DNA from: Rikenellaceae bacterium
GTDB taxonomy: Bacteria; Bacteroidota; Bacteroidia; Bacteroidales; UBA932
Assembly: GCA_039683455.1 (NCBI GenBank)
Contig: JBDKRJ010000020.1
Coordinates: 190,278-254,277, forward strand
Length of the DNA stretch: 64,000 nucleotides
Direction: 5' to 3'
The notes below the pieces were generated by a model. The model saw nothing but the letters and a program-made list of their open reading frames with translations. It ran no database searches and was not told where the DNA came from. Positions within the stretch are counted from its first letter, which is position 1. Each line of letters starts with the position of its first letter. Both the position numbers and the translations under genes were made by a program. Positions 1 through 8,676 of the stretch are shown here, piece after piece.

Positions 1-199
1 ACAGCTCTTCAAGAGCCAACTTTGAATTAGCTTCTACAGCCTTACATGTTTCGCATCTGCGTGTGTAGTGAAAATAGATAACTTCTACTTTAGGAGAAAC
101 TTCCTGCTTAGCTGTCTGTTTTTTTGCATCCTGAGCACTTACCGTTAAATTGCCCGACATCATTATAAGTGCCAATCCTAATGTTAAAATCTGTTTCAT
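1..199 (-). CDS. Secreted thioredoxin-fold protein, ArsF-like (5' part only; gene continues past the left edge)
   Basis: Absent from the ORF track because it is truncated. The reverse complement from ATG at 199..197 reads MKQILTLGLALIMMSGNLTVSAQDAKKQTAKQEVSPKVEVIYFHYTRRCETCKAVEANSKLALEEL.. This is a signal peptide followed by a CxxC (RCETC) motif. It is the third gene in a row after arsR and a thioredoxin-like gene. Confidence 0.5.
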   Translation of the reverse strand, partial: MKQILTLGLALIMMSGNLTVSAQDAKKQTAKQEVSPKVEVIYFHYTRRCETCKAVEANSKLALEEL

Positions 200-218
200 C
201 TGAATAGTCTTTATTTAA

Positions 219-455
219 TTAATATTTGCTTAAAATTTGTTTTATCTCTTCTGCAGAAGGAATGCGCCCTTTGATCTCTACCTTTTCGTCAACCACCAGT
301 ACCGGTGTAGTCATGATATTGTACTTCATGATGTCCATGATATCTTCTACCTTGGTTATGTTTGCGTTGATGTTGTTTTGTTCAACCACCTCTCGTACGA
401 TTTTTTCAAGTGCTTTACACTTTGGACAACCTGTTCCTAAAATTTTTATTTCCAT
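219..455 (-). CDS. Small thioredoxin-family protein (redox-active disulfide protein 2-like)
   Basis: 78-aa ORF with an N-terminal GCPKC CxxC motif and the size and layout of a single thioredoxin fold. It lies 50 nt downstream of arsR on the same strand. Confidence 0.85.
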   Translation of the reverse strand: MEIKILGTGCPKCKALEKIVREVVEQNNINANITKVEDIMDIMKYNIMTTPVLVVDEKVEIKGRIPSAEEIKQILSKY

Positions 456-504
456 TTGAATTTATTATTAAATATTGATTTTTTATCCTTGGCCATTGTA
501 TTGA

Positions 505-813
505 TTATCTATGAAAGAAATGACTAAGAAGAGTTTTTGCCTCCTCCCAGTTTTCTCTGTTTATGCAATACTTGATATATGGGGGATTGATTTCTCCTTG
601 AATTAGACCAGCTTTTTTCAGCTCTTTCAGATGTTCAGAAAGAGTTGACCGGGCTATGGGGAGAATCTCGGCCATGTCACCGCTGTAACAACACTTATTA
701 AGATTATTGGCAAGGTAGTCCAGAATAAAAATTCTTACCGGATGCGACAAGGCCTTTCCGTATCGCGCAATTTTTTCCTGATTTTCTGTGTAATATTTTA
801 ATTTTTTTGCCAT
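505..813 (-). CDS. arsR: ArsR/SmtB-family metalloregulatory transcriptional repressor
   Basis: 102-aa ORF with a winged-HTH signature (HPVRIFILDYL ... LSEHLKELKKAGLI). A Cys pair (NKCCYSGDM) sits where ArsR sensors carry their metal(loid) site. Confidence 0.9.
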   Translation of the reverse strand: MAKKLKYYTENQEKIARYGKALSHPVRIFILDYLANNLNKCCYSGDMAEILPIARSTLSEHLKELKKAGLIQGEINPPYIKYCINRENWEEAKTLLSHFFHR

Positions 814-821
814 AAATTCAT

Positions 822-846
822 TTCGTAAAATTACGAAACAAATTTA
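822..846 (-). promoter_or_regulatory. Putative arsR promoter -7 box plus palindromic operator
   Basis: The minus strand reads TAAATTTG (846..839), which fits the Bacteroidota -7 consensus TAnnTTTG. Immediately after it comes the perfect inverted repeat TTCGTAA-nn-TTACGAA (837..822), 9 nt upstream of the arsR ATG. Confidence 0.4.
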
Positions 847-861
847 TGCAATTTTTTTCAA

Positions 862-968
862 TGTCCAAGTCTTTCGTGGGAAAGTGTTGTCTATCTACGA
901 ATTACACAAACCCCCACAAGTTGCGTAATGTCTTATATATCAGTACTTTCCCACGAAAGACTTGGACA
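862..968. repeat. Perfect 24-bp inverted repeat with a 59-nt spacer (107-bp hairpin/MITE-like element)
   Basis: 862..885 TGTCCAAGTCTTTCGTGGGAAAGT is the exact reverse complement of 945..968 ACTTTCCCACGAAAGACTTGGACA. I checked this base by base. It lies in the intergenic region between arsR and the csp terminator. Confidence 0.9.
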
Positions 969-975
969 CATACCT

Positions 976-1018
976 GAAAAAAGAAAAAAAGGCTGTATCA
1001 TCTATTTTTGATACAGCC
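976..1018 (-). terminator. Rho-independent terminator of the cold-shock gene
   Basis: Stem GGCTGTATCA (991..1000) pairs with TGATACAGCC (1009..1018) across an 8-nt loop. On the minus strand it is followed by a T-rich run (plus-strand A-rich 976..990). It sits 33 nt downstream of the csp stop. Confidence 0.7.
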
Positions 1019-1050
1019 CCCAAAATTTTAAATGTTTATTATAAAATAAA

Positions 1051-1242
1051 CTATGCTCGTTTTACATTTACTGCATTTAATCCTTTTTTCCCCTCTTCCA
1101 GGTCGAAAGTTACTTCATCGTTCTCTTTGATTCTTTCTTTTAAACCATTTGAGTGTACAAAATACTCTTTCTGTGAATCTGAGTCCTTAATAAAACCAAA
1201 TCCTTTTGTTTCATTAAAAAATTTTACTGTTCCGTTGTTCAT
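1051..1242 (-). CDS. Cold-shock protein, CspA family
   Basis: 63-aa ORF reading MNNGTVKFFNETKGFGFI...EYFVH, which carries the RNP1 (KGFGFI) and RNP2-like (FVH) cold-shock-domain motifs. Confidence 0.95.
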   Translation of the reverse strand: MNNGTVKFFNETKGFGFIKDSDSQKEYFVHSNGLKERIKENDEVTFDLEEGKKGLNAVNVKRA

Positions 1243-1310
1243 GATATGAAATTAATTTGAGTGCGCAATGTAATATAAATTTTCGACGTATTGAATTTAT
1301 TTACAAAAAA

Positions 1311-2177
1311 TTATTTTTTTCTTTCAAGTGGAACTACTCCTGCCATCTCACCTATTATATTTACAAGGTCGGTTCCGGTTGGGATAACAATTTTTGAATT
1401 TTTCTCGAGCGATGCTGTTACAGTATCCAACTTCTTTAATAACTGAGCATTACCAATAAAATATTTGTCGGCTGCTTCATTTACAAGTCTGATTGCCTCA
1501 GCCTCTCCCTCTGCATGCAATATTTGCGATTGCTTGTACCCTTCTGCCTCTTTGATCTTGGCGCGTTTAACACCATCGGCAACAGTCTCAGCAGCTGTAG
1601 CAGAATCTATAGCAGCAATTTTCTCATTCTCTGCCTTTACAACTTTGTTCATTGTCTCCTGAACGTCTTTTGGAGGGTCGATCTGTTTTAACTCTGTACG
1701 AACGATTTCTATACCCCAGTCCTGAGTTTCTGTATGCAGGGTTTTATAAAGCTCGGCATTAATTTTTCCGCGTTCGCTGTTTGCAGATTTAAGTGTAAGT
1801 GTTCCTATAATATTACGTAATGTTGTGCGCGCAAGATTTACAATCTGCCATCTGAAATTATTAACATTATAAATAGATCCTTTAACGCTCTCTTCATCTG
1901 ATTTAACCCGGAAATAGACCTGGGCATCCACACTGGCGTTCAGATTATCATTTGTGATTATCTCCTGAGGCTCGGCGTCTACCATCTGTTCGGTAACATT
2001 TACCACATAAATTTTATCGATAATCGGAATAATCCAGTGAAATCCGGGCTTGGCAAATTTTGAGTATTTTCCAAGCCTCTCTATCAAACCTCGTTGAGTG
2101 GGACGTACAATTTTTATTCCTGCAGCGAAAACTATCACTACAAATAGAATTAATAAATACAAAAAGTTATTTTCCAT
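1311..2177 (-). CDS. SPFH/band-7 (stomatin/HflC-like) membrane protein
   Basis: 288-aa ORF. It has an N-terminal TM segment (FLYLLILFVVIVFAAGI), then typical SPFH-domain sequence (VRPTQRGLIERLGKY ... TNDNL.. VDA.VYFRV), then an Ala/Glu-rich coiled-coil tail. Confidence 0.9.
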   Translation of the reverse strand: MENNFLYLLILFVVIVFAAGIKIVRPTQRGLIERLGKYSKFAKPGFHWIIPIIDKIYVVNVTEQMVDAEPQEIITNDNLNASVDAQVYFRVKSDEESVKGSIYNVNNFRWQIVNLARTTLRNIIGTLTLKSANSERGKINAELYKTLHTETQDWGIEIVRTELKQIDPPKDVQETMNKVVKAENEKIAAIDSATAAETVADGVKRAKIKEAEGYKQSQILHAEGEAEAIRLVNEAADKYFIGNAQLLKKLDTVTASLEKNSKIVIPTGTDLVNIIGEMAGVVPLERKK

Positions 2178-2351
2178 TTCAATTTCCTTTTTTTAAGGGT
2201 TTTATAATTTGTATAAAAATAGTATAAACATGGGACTTTAACAAAAATTGTTAAATATTAATGAACAATTTTAATTCATTAAAAGCATACATGAGCTTTT
2301 TGCTTCTATATGATACCCCTTTAATTTACCAACGTAGCAAAACAAAAATTT

Positions 2352-2925
2352 ATGAAGAACTTGTTATTACTTGCTGTAATAGGTCTATTTGCCTTTACAG
2401 GATGTCAACAACAACCAAAACCGGTAAAAACCATTGAAAACCTAAAGGCTGCAATTAAAGGCGAAACAACTGCCAGCGCCAAGTACTCTGCTTTTGCCAT
2501 AAAAGCAACAGAAAATCACCCGGCTATTGCTAAACTTTTTGAAGCAGCTTCAAAAGCAGAATGTATTCATGCTTCTAATCACCGAAAAGCACTGGAAAGT
2601 CTGGACGAAAAAATGGAAGAATTTACACCGGAATTTGAAGTAAAGACTACATTGGAGAATCTTCAGGCTACTGTTCAAGGAGAGACATACGAGATCGAGG
2701 CTATGTATCCTCGGTTTTTAGCCGATGCTGCTGCAGAAAAAGTAGAAAAAACAATTATCTCAATATTTGAAAAGATTGAACAGTCCGAAAATGATAAGAA
2801 TCCTTTACCAACAGGATATGTTGTTTGCCCGATATGCGGCAATAGGCAATACATATGACAATGCAGCAATCGACGATAAGTGCGCATTCTGCCAGACAGG
2901 CAAAGAGAGTTTCATAAGCATTTAA
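2352..2925 (+). pseudogene. Rubrerythrin-like lipoprotein gene disrupted by a 7-bp tandem duplication (frameshift)
   Basis: Lipobox (LFAFTGC), then ferritin-like motifs (GETTASAKY, AECIHASNH, GETYEIEAMY). The ORF stops at 2858 just after the first CxxC (VCPICGN). GGCAATA is duplicated in tandem (2838..2844 and 2845..2851). The +1 frame then continues TYDNAAIDDKCAFCQTGKESFISI* to 2925 and supplies the second CxxC of a rubredoxin-like knuckle. Confidence 0.7.
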
Positions 2926-2932
2926 AAAGAAA

Positions 2933-2963
2933 GAGGCTGCCTCAAAATAATCTGAGACAGCCT
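2933..2963. terminator. Hairpin between convergent genes (possible bidirectional terminator)
   Basis: GAGGCTGCCTCA (2933..2944) pairs with TGAGACAGCCTC (2952..2963) with one mismatch and is flanked by A/T runs. It lies between the rubrerythrin-like gene end and the PmbA-like gene end. Confidence 0.45.
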
Positions 2964-3010
2964 CACGGTAATTATAGAAAGGGTGTTACATTATGTGCGT
3001 TGCAGCCTGC

Positions 3011-4720
3011 CTATTTTACAATAAGGGGCGATTCTTTTTGTACATTCAGAGGTTTGTTGTTGATCTCTACATCTTCTACCAAAATTGATATAGGATATAT
3101 TATTGACGTTGGAATCTCATCCTGATATAAAAAGTTAACGGCTGCCTGTTCTTTGCTTACACCAAGTACTCTTTTGAGTTTAGTAAAAGGTACAGGTGCA
3201 ATTTCAGAACCGGTAACCAGTGTTTCCGAGCCGTCCTTTACAGATACCTTATAGATGTACTGATCATCGGTGTTATTTGCTATTTTTCTTACTATATAGG
3301 CATAATCCAGGCCCTCTTCAACAGCTGCTTTAATAAGATCTGCCTTAAGCTCCGCAGAAGTGCTGCCGTTTGGAGCGCTAACTACAAGTGTTCCGGGAGC
3401 AACATTCAAAACAACTGCTCTTGGTCTGACACCAAATCTCATGCTTCCTGTGGATGCCTTGATCTTTTTGGTAGGAACGCGGCTGCTTAGAAGTGTCTTT
3501 AGTATCCCGTTTTCAATCAGTTTTACCTCTTTTACCGGAGAAACACCCTGAGCATCCAGATTATAGTTGCCAATAAGGGATACGTTGTTAAAATCAGTCA
3601 TGTCAGTTTTATTCGAAACACTTAATCTGCTGTCGATCACTTTCTTGTTTATTCTCTCTTCCAAAGGTTTAACGTCTCTTTTAGAGGAGATGTTTTCTAC
3701 TCTGGCCACAGTCGCCATAACTTGAATAGGTTTTCTGAAAGATATTATGCCGGATGCTGAGATCAGATTTTCCGAAAGAATCGAAGCAGCAGCTGCGTCT
3801 TCGAACAGAACAGGACCCTGATAGTATTCCTCCATAGTTGATGCTACCTGCAATGCCACCAGCTTGTTTGAAAATTCATTGACTCTGACTTTCAAAACTT
3901 CTGCAGAAGGTAATTTGTCAAACGATTTTGCAAATATAGTTTCCTGATCCTTGATAATCTGGCCTTTCGTATTTCTCACTTTACCCTTTAGTGTAATGGA
4001 AACATAACTTACAGGCTCTTTAATTTTAGTTCCCTCTGTAGATTGATAGTAATAAACTGTCTCAATACCGTCAATTTCGACACGGGAATCAATAATTACA
4101 GGATATTTTGCAAATTCCCTAGACAGAGTATTAGAAAGATCTTCATAAGACTTCTTGTCAAAATTGAAAGCGGGAAGAGTCGGTGTATAAACCTCAACTT
4201 TGGTCAGAGGAAGCATATCGGGTAAAGATTTCTCTTCATCTGTGAGTGTAGCTGTCTTAACACCATTCTTCTTTGAGTTGTAAACCTCAACAGCCAGTTT
4301 GTAAGCCACATCCGAGGTCTGCCAGAAATTACGCCTTAACTGATCGTAATTATTGTCACGCGCAGTGAAGTTAGGCGACATTACACCGTTGCCGGAATAT
4401 GAATAGTCACTCGAAAATTTATTATCCCCAACATAGAGATTAACCGAATGTATTCTCTCTTTAGGGCTCTCTTTTGTAGACAATATTGCGCCAAGTGAAC
4501 TGCTGACAGAGATGTATTGGGTCTCCCCAACTGTATAAGCTACAAAGAAAGGAGCCGGAGAGTCAGGTAGTATAAGTTCTTTTTTACTGCGATCCATCTC
4601 ATCCTGCATGGCTTTGAACAAAACGTTTTCGTTTGTCTGACCATACATAGATGCTGCAGATATGAGTTGAGCGAGTATTAATGTATAAATGAATCTCATT
4701 AATGTATATGTGTATCTCAT
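3011..4720 (-). CDS. TldE/PmbA-like metallopeptidase-family protein with signal peptide
   Basis: 569-aa ORF directly downstream of, and similar in size to, the TldD-like gene. The N-terminus is hydrophobic (MRFIYTLILAQLISAASMYGQ if the ATG at 4699 is used). There is no HExxxH motif, as expected for the non-catalytic partner. The assignment rests mainly on pairing and on general similarity to the neighbour. Confidence 0.65.
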   Translation of the reverse strand: MRYTYTLMRFIYTLILAQLISAASMYGQTNENVLFKAMQDEMDRSKKELILPDSPAPFFVAYTVGETQYISVSSSLGAILSTKESPKERIHSVNLYVGDNKFSSDYSYSGNGVMSPNFTARDNNYDQLRRNFWQTSDVAYKLAVEVYNSKKNGVKTATLTDEEKSLPDMLPLTKVEVYTPTLPAFNFDKKSYEDLSNTLSREFAKYPVIIDSRVEIDGIETVYYYQSTEGTKIKEPVSYVSITLKGKVRNTKGQIIKDQETIFAKSFDKLPSAEVLKVRVNEFSNKLVALQVASTMEEYYQGPVLFEDAAAASILSENLISASGIISFRKPIQVMATVARVENISSKRDVKPLEERINKKVIDSRLSVSNKTDMTDFNNVSLIGNYNLDAQGVSPVKEVKLIENGILKTLLSSRVPTKKIKASTGSMRFGVRPRAVVLNVAPGTLVVSAPNGSTSAELKADLIKAAVEEGLDYAYIVRKIANNTDDQYIYKVSVKDGSETLVTGSEIAPVPFTKLKRVLGVSKEQAAVNFLYQDEIPTSIIYPISILVEDVEINNKPLNVQKESPLIVK

Positions 4721-4750
4721 TTCTCTAATTTATTTATGATTATTAAGGTA

Positions 4751-6430
4751 TTACGGACGAGGCAAAAGTGCTGGTGTAACTGTCGGTTTTGCCTTCTTCT
4801 GCAACTCAACCTTATTTACCAGAATTGTTGGTGAAATAGCTGTTACAGGAACATTTCCGGAAGAAGCTCCGCAAGTCCCGGTAAAGATTTCAAAATCACC
4901 TCCTGCAAACTCTATGTTCGAGAACATAGAGAGCGGTGTTCCAATCATGTCAACACCTCTTACTAACTCATCCTCTTTGCCATCTACAAATATTTTGTAA
5001 ACTTCGAGAGGGGTTACATTAAATGAATTGGCTCCGGTTCTCCCTGTTTGGGTAAAACCACCTGTAACAGCCTTAAAGAAGTAACCATACTCCTTACCCT
5101 GCTTCTTAGCCTCATCTATCAGTAATTTCCTCAACTCTGCATCTGTTTTGTACTCGTTTGTCTCAACGATAAGATTAGACTGACGCGATGTTGGATCATA
5201 TTCAAATTCTGCTCTTGCATGGCCATTTGATTTTGGAAAACCATCTAGTCCCGTACGGGTCATAAGAAAATTTTCAAGTATGCCGTTCTTAACAACCTCA
5301 ACCCTTTCGCCTCTTACTCCCTGATCATCAAAAACATAATAGCCATTCAAAGGGTTTCCATGATACTTCTTAAGAGTAGGATCCATATAAACGCTCAGAC
5401 TTTTCGGCAAAACACTTTCACCAACCATGTTTTTAAATGTCTGACCATCCGTGTCGCTCTTCATCTTCTGACCCTCAACCCTGTGACCGAAAATCTCATG
5501 GAAGAATACGCCGGCAGCAGATCCCGACAATAGAGCAGGTCCTGTGTAAGGCTGAACCAAAGGGGCAACTTTCAATTTTGACAGTTTAGCAGACATCTCT
5601 TTGATATCCTTAATTATCACAGCTTCTGCCGGAAGCTCATCCAGCGAAAAAGCAAAGTAACTTTTGTATAATGGAAGCTCCATTCCGTCATCAGCCATTG
5701 TTATAGCCCTTATACTCATGGAGATATAAACCCTGTTCTCAGCAATTTCTGCACCCTCTGTAGAAACGAAATATTTGCGCCAGATCTTATAACTTAAAGT
5801 TGTATTGGAAGAAATTACATCTTTGTTTTCTGCAAAAAGGCCGCTGTACTTATTCAGCTTCTTTTGCCACAGATCCATATCCATTGCAATTTTATCCTCT
5901 TTAATTGCCGGCTCAAAATACTTTTCAGCTTTCACTTTTGTAAAGTCCGGTGATTTATCTGCATTTTCTACCTGAACACCCTTTTTCGCCTTTGCTCTTT
6001 CAAGGCTGTTTTTTGCAAACTTGTAACGGTTATTAACCTCTTCTTTAATTATCTCTCTAAATGGCTCAAGTCCATTTTGAAGATCCTTAGGCAGAAGAAC
6101 AGTCGGAGGTCCCATAAATCTGTTAATAGACACCCCGTTTTGCAATTCGTGAAAATTATCAAACTCAGGAGTGCCAATTCTGATTTGTGGAACAAAAATC
6201 ACCTGTTTTTCCTCTTCGATGGTGTTAGTTGCACCCATTGAAGAGCGGATTACTCTCGAGTAATTGTCAATTACCCTATAGTTCATATAATAAGGAGGAT
6301 ACTCCCCTTTCTGAAGAGTTGCCATCTGGCTATTCAACTCCCCTTTCAAAAGATCCAGCATTTTGTCCTGTGCCGGCAGTTGCAAGGCAACAAGTGCCAG
6401 CAGCGATATTAATAAAATTTTAAATTTCAT
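4751..6430 (-). CDS. TldD-like zinc metallopeptidase with signal peptide
   Basis: 559-aa ORF with a signal peptide (MKFKILLISLLALVALQLPAQ) and the TldD-type metal site HEIFGHRVEG (HExxxH). A Gly-rich C-terminal region (GTCGASSGNVPV) is typical of the family. Confidence 0.8.
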   Translation of the reverse strand: MKFKILLISLLALVALQLPAQDKMLDLLKGELNSQMATLQKGEYPPYYMNYRVIDNYSRVIRSSMGATNTIEEEKQVIFVPQIRIGTPEFDNFHELQNGVSINRFMGPPTVLLPKDLQNGLEPFREIIKEEVNNRYKFAKNSLERAKAKKGVQVENADKSPDFTKVKAEKYFEPAIKEDKIAMDMDLWQKKLNKYSGLFAENKDVISSNTTLSYKIWRKYFVSTEGAEIAENRVYISMSIRAITMADDGMELPLYKSYFAFSLDELPAEAVIIKDIKEMSAKLSKLKVAPLVQPYTGPALLSGSAAGVFFHEIFGHRVEGQKMKSDTDGQTFKNMVGESVLPKSLSVYMDPTLKKYHGNPLNGYYVFDDQGVRGERVEVVKNGILENFLMTRTGLDGFPKSNGHARAEFEYDPTSRQSNLIVETNEYKTDAELRKLLIDEAKKQGKEYGYFFKAVTGGFTQTGRTGANSFNVTPLEVYKIFVDGKEDELVRGVDMIGTPLSMFSNIEFAGGDFEIFTGTCGASSGNVPVTAISPTILVNKVELQKKAKPTVTPALLPRP

Positions 6431-6460
6431 CCGTAAAATTTTTATATTTAAATGGTCGTA

Positions 6461-8644
6461 TTATTTTGTCACAATATTCATCTCGTTAATTAACGAGCCA
6501 GCACCTGCATATTTGTCTATAACCCACAATACAAAGCGGATATCAACATTGACTGTTTTAAAATAGTATGGATGGTAATATACATCACCGCTCATAGACT
6601 CCCTGTTTCCATCAAATGCAAGGCCGATCAGTTCTCCCTTGGCGTTTATAACGGGACTACCCGAGTTACCCCCGGTGATATCTGTGTTTGTAAGAAAGTC
6701 TGTGTACAACTCTCCCTTCTCTCCCCATCTGCCCCAATCTTTGGCCTTTATAAGAGAATCCATTCTGTCGTTTACTTTAAACTCATAATTGGACTGATCC
6801 TTTTTCTCCCTGTAACCATTAATGGTTGTCCTGTAAGAATAGGTAACGCCATCAGAGGGAACCAGCCCTCCTACTGTACCATAAGATATTCTCATTGTCG
6901 AATTTGCATCGGGATACTGAGAGATGCCTTTTGACTCTTTCATCTGATAGAGAGCTCTGCCGTATTGTGTAGTAAGTGATTCAGGGTCAAAACCCAGCGT
7001 ATCGTTTACTTTTTCACTCTCTGCAATTATCATCTGAATTGAAGAGGAGGCTGCCAGTAGAATTGCAGGATCGGACAAGATCTCCTTCTTAGTTCTGGGA
7101 GTTTCAAAATACTTGACGAATTTCTCTCTGGTTGTATAGACAGAGTTGTCGAAAATATAGTCTGCTATCCTCTTTGCATCTCCGTTGAACTCCTCTTTCC
7201 ATTGGGCAAGAGCACCTGAATAGAGTTTTGGAGATATATTTTTAAGAAAGAATGCCAGTTGTTGTTGGAACAGTTCCCTGTCGGTTGCCAGATCATATAC
7301 TTTGTAAAGATCGTGATCAGCTGCTTTTAGCTCGGTCTGGAAAAGTGTGTCGTTTACAGATAATTTGTCCATACCAGCCTTTTCCATTTCCCTGGTCACT
7401 CGTGAAAATCTCCTGGCCTGTTGAACAACTTCAGAAACTGAAGTCCAGCACTCCCTAAAATAAGCTCTGTCTTTTATAAACTGAGCCCTTGCATCAAAGC
7501 CTTTTTTCATATTTTCCAGAAGTTTGCTGTACTTCTCAGCTGTTTTTGCATCTGAATTGATCCATTTCGCCAGCTCTACCTCCTCCTGCTCCCTTATTCC
7601 CACAACATCGTATCGGATAAAACATTTGTTTTCCCATTTTGCATAGTCGGTATAGTTGCTTATGCTAAAATATTTGTCGGAGTATTTAAGACGGACCGCA
7701 GGATCTGCATCCATATGTTTTTTCCATACATCAAGTTTTGCTCTTCTGATCTCTACAACTATCGGGTTGATTATTTCCTGTTTCTCTTTAACCTCAAATG
7801 AAGAGACATATCTGTTTGTTTTACCAGGGTATCCCATGATCATTGCATAATCACCATTTTTTACACCTTTTGCAGAAATATTTAACACTCTTTTCGGAAC
7901 AATCGGTTGATTGTCACTTGAATAAGCAGCAGGGCGACCATCTCTGTCGCCATATACTCTGTAAAGAGCAAAGTCACCCTTATGCTGAGGCCAGCCCCAA
8001 TTGTCTGCCTCTGCGCCAAATGCGCCGATAGAAACAGGGGGAGCGCCTACAAGTCTTATGTCTGTATATACATCATAAAAAAAGATATAGAACTTCGTAG
8101 AGTTCCACATTGATGCACAAATAACCTCGTTATCGGTACCTTTCTTATACTTGTTTTCTACATTCTTGAAGACTCTTCTCATCATCATCCCCTGAAAGCC
8201 CTCTTTCTGCATTGCTGTCACCTCTGCCTTAACCTCGTCGGTAACATCCAGAACCTTTCTTAAAAAGAGAGCATTTTTACCTTTGATAGGCTTTTCGTCT
8301 GTCTGTTTAAGTGCCCAGAAGCCATCTTCAAGATAGTTTTTTTCCGGAGTACTCAAAGAGTGAATATCTCCGTATGCACAGTGGTGATTAGTTATCAGCA
8401 ATCCACTGTTGGAAATCATGCTGCCTGTACAGCCAAAGTCCAGTGATACAATTGCGTTGCTGAGAACATTTTTGTCGGCCTCATTATAGATCTCCTTGGA
8501 TTTTAACTTGAGTCCCTTCTTTACCATTTGTGGGTAGATGCTATTCTCGAAAAGATTAACCAGCCACATACCCTCGTCCGCTATAGATTTAGTAGGGACT
8601 AATACTGCCACTATAAATAGAAGCAGAAATATTTTTTTGGTCAT
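6461..8644 (-). CDS. S46-family dipeptidyl-peptidase (DPP7/DPP11 type)
   Basis: 727-aa ORF with a signal peptide, then DEGMWL, catalytic His in ITNHHCAY and catalytic Ser in GGNSGSPV. The downstream FDGN (Gly) sits at the position I recall as Gly in DPP7 and Arg in DPP11, so it is tentatively DPP7-like. Confidence 0.9.
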   Translation of the reverse strand: MTKKIFLLLFIVAVLVPTKSIADEGMWLVNLFENSIYPQMVKKGLKLKSKEIYNEADKNVLSNAIVSLDFGCTGSMISNSGLLITNHHCAYGDIHSLSTPEKNYLEDGFWALKQTDEKPIKGKNALFLRKVLDVTDEVKAEVTAMQKEGFQGMMMRRVFKNVENKYKKGTDNEVICASMWNSTKFYIFFYDVYTDIRLVGAPPVSIGAFGAEADNWGWPQHKGDFALYRVYGDRDGRPAAYSSDNQPIVPKRVLNISAKGVKNGDYAMIMGYPGKTNRYVSSFEVKEKQEIINPIVVEIRRAKLDVWKKHMDADPAVRLKYSDKYFSISNYTDYAKWENKCFIRYDVVGIREQEEVELAKWINSDAKTAEKYSKLLENMKKGFDARAQFIKDRAYFRECWTSVSEVVQQARRFSRVTREMEKAGMDKLSVNDTLFQTELKAADHDLYKVYDLATDRELFQQQLAFFLKNISPKLYSGALAQWKEEFNGDAKRIADYIFDNSVYTTREKFVKYFETPRTKKEILSDPAILLAASSSIQMIIAESEKVNDTLGFDPESLTTQYGRALYQMKESKGISQYPDANSTMRISYGTVGGLVPSDGVTYSYRTTINGYREKKDQSNYEFKVNDRMDSLIKAKDWGRWGEKGELYTDFLTNTDITGGNSGSPVINAKGELIGLAFDGNRESMSGDVYYHPYYFKTVNVDIRFVLWVIDKYAGAGSLINEMNIVTK

Positions 8645-8676
8645 TAAATAAGATTATTTTGGATATTTCCTGTTTC

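Noticed and set aside
226-459. Two plus-strand ORFs (77 and 67 aa) opposite the thioredoxin-like gene
   Set aside because: They are antisense shadows of a well-supported CxxC thioredoxin-fold gene, with no motifs and hydrophobic junk composition.
962-1249. 95-aa plus-strand ORF covering the csp region and the right arm of the inverted repeat
   Set aside because: It has a TTG start and is antisense to an unmistakable cold-shock gene. It runs through the csp terminator hairpin and the product is low-complexity.
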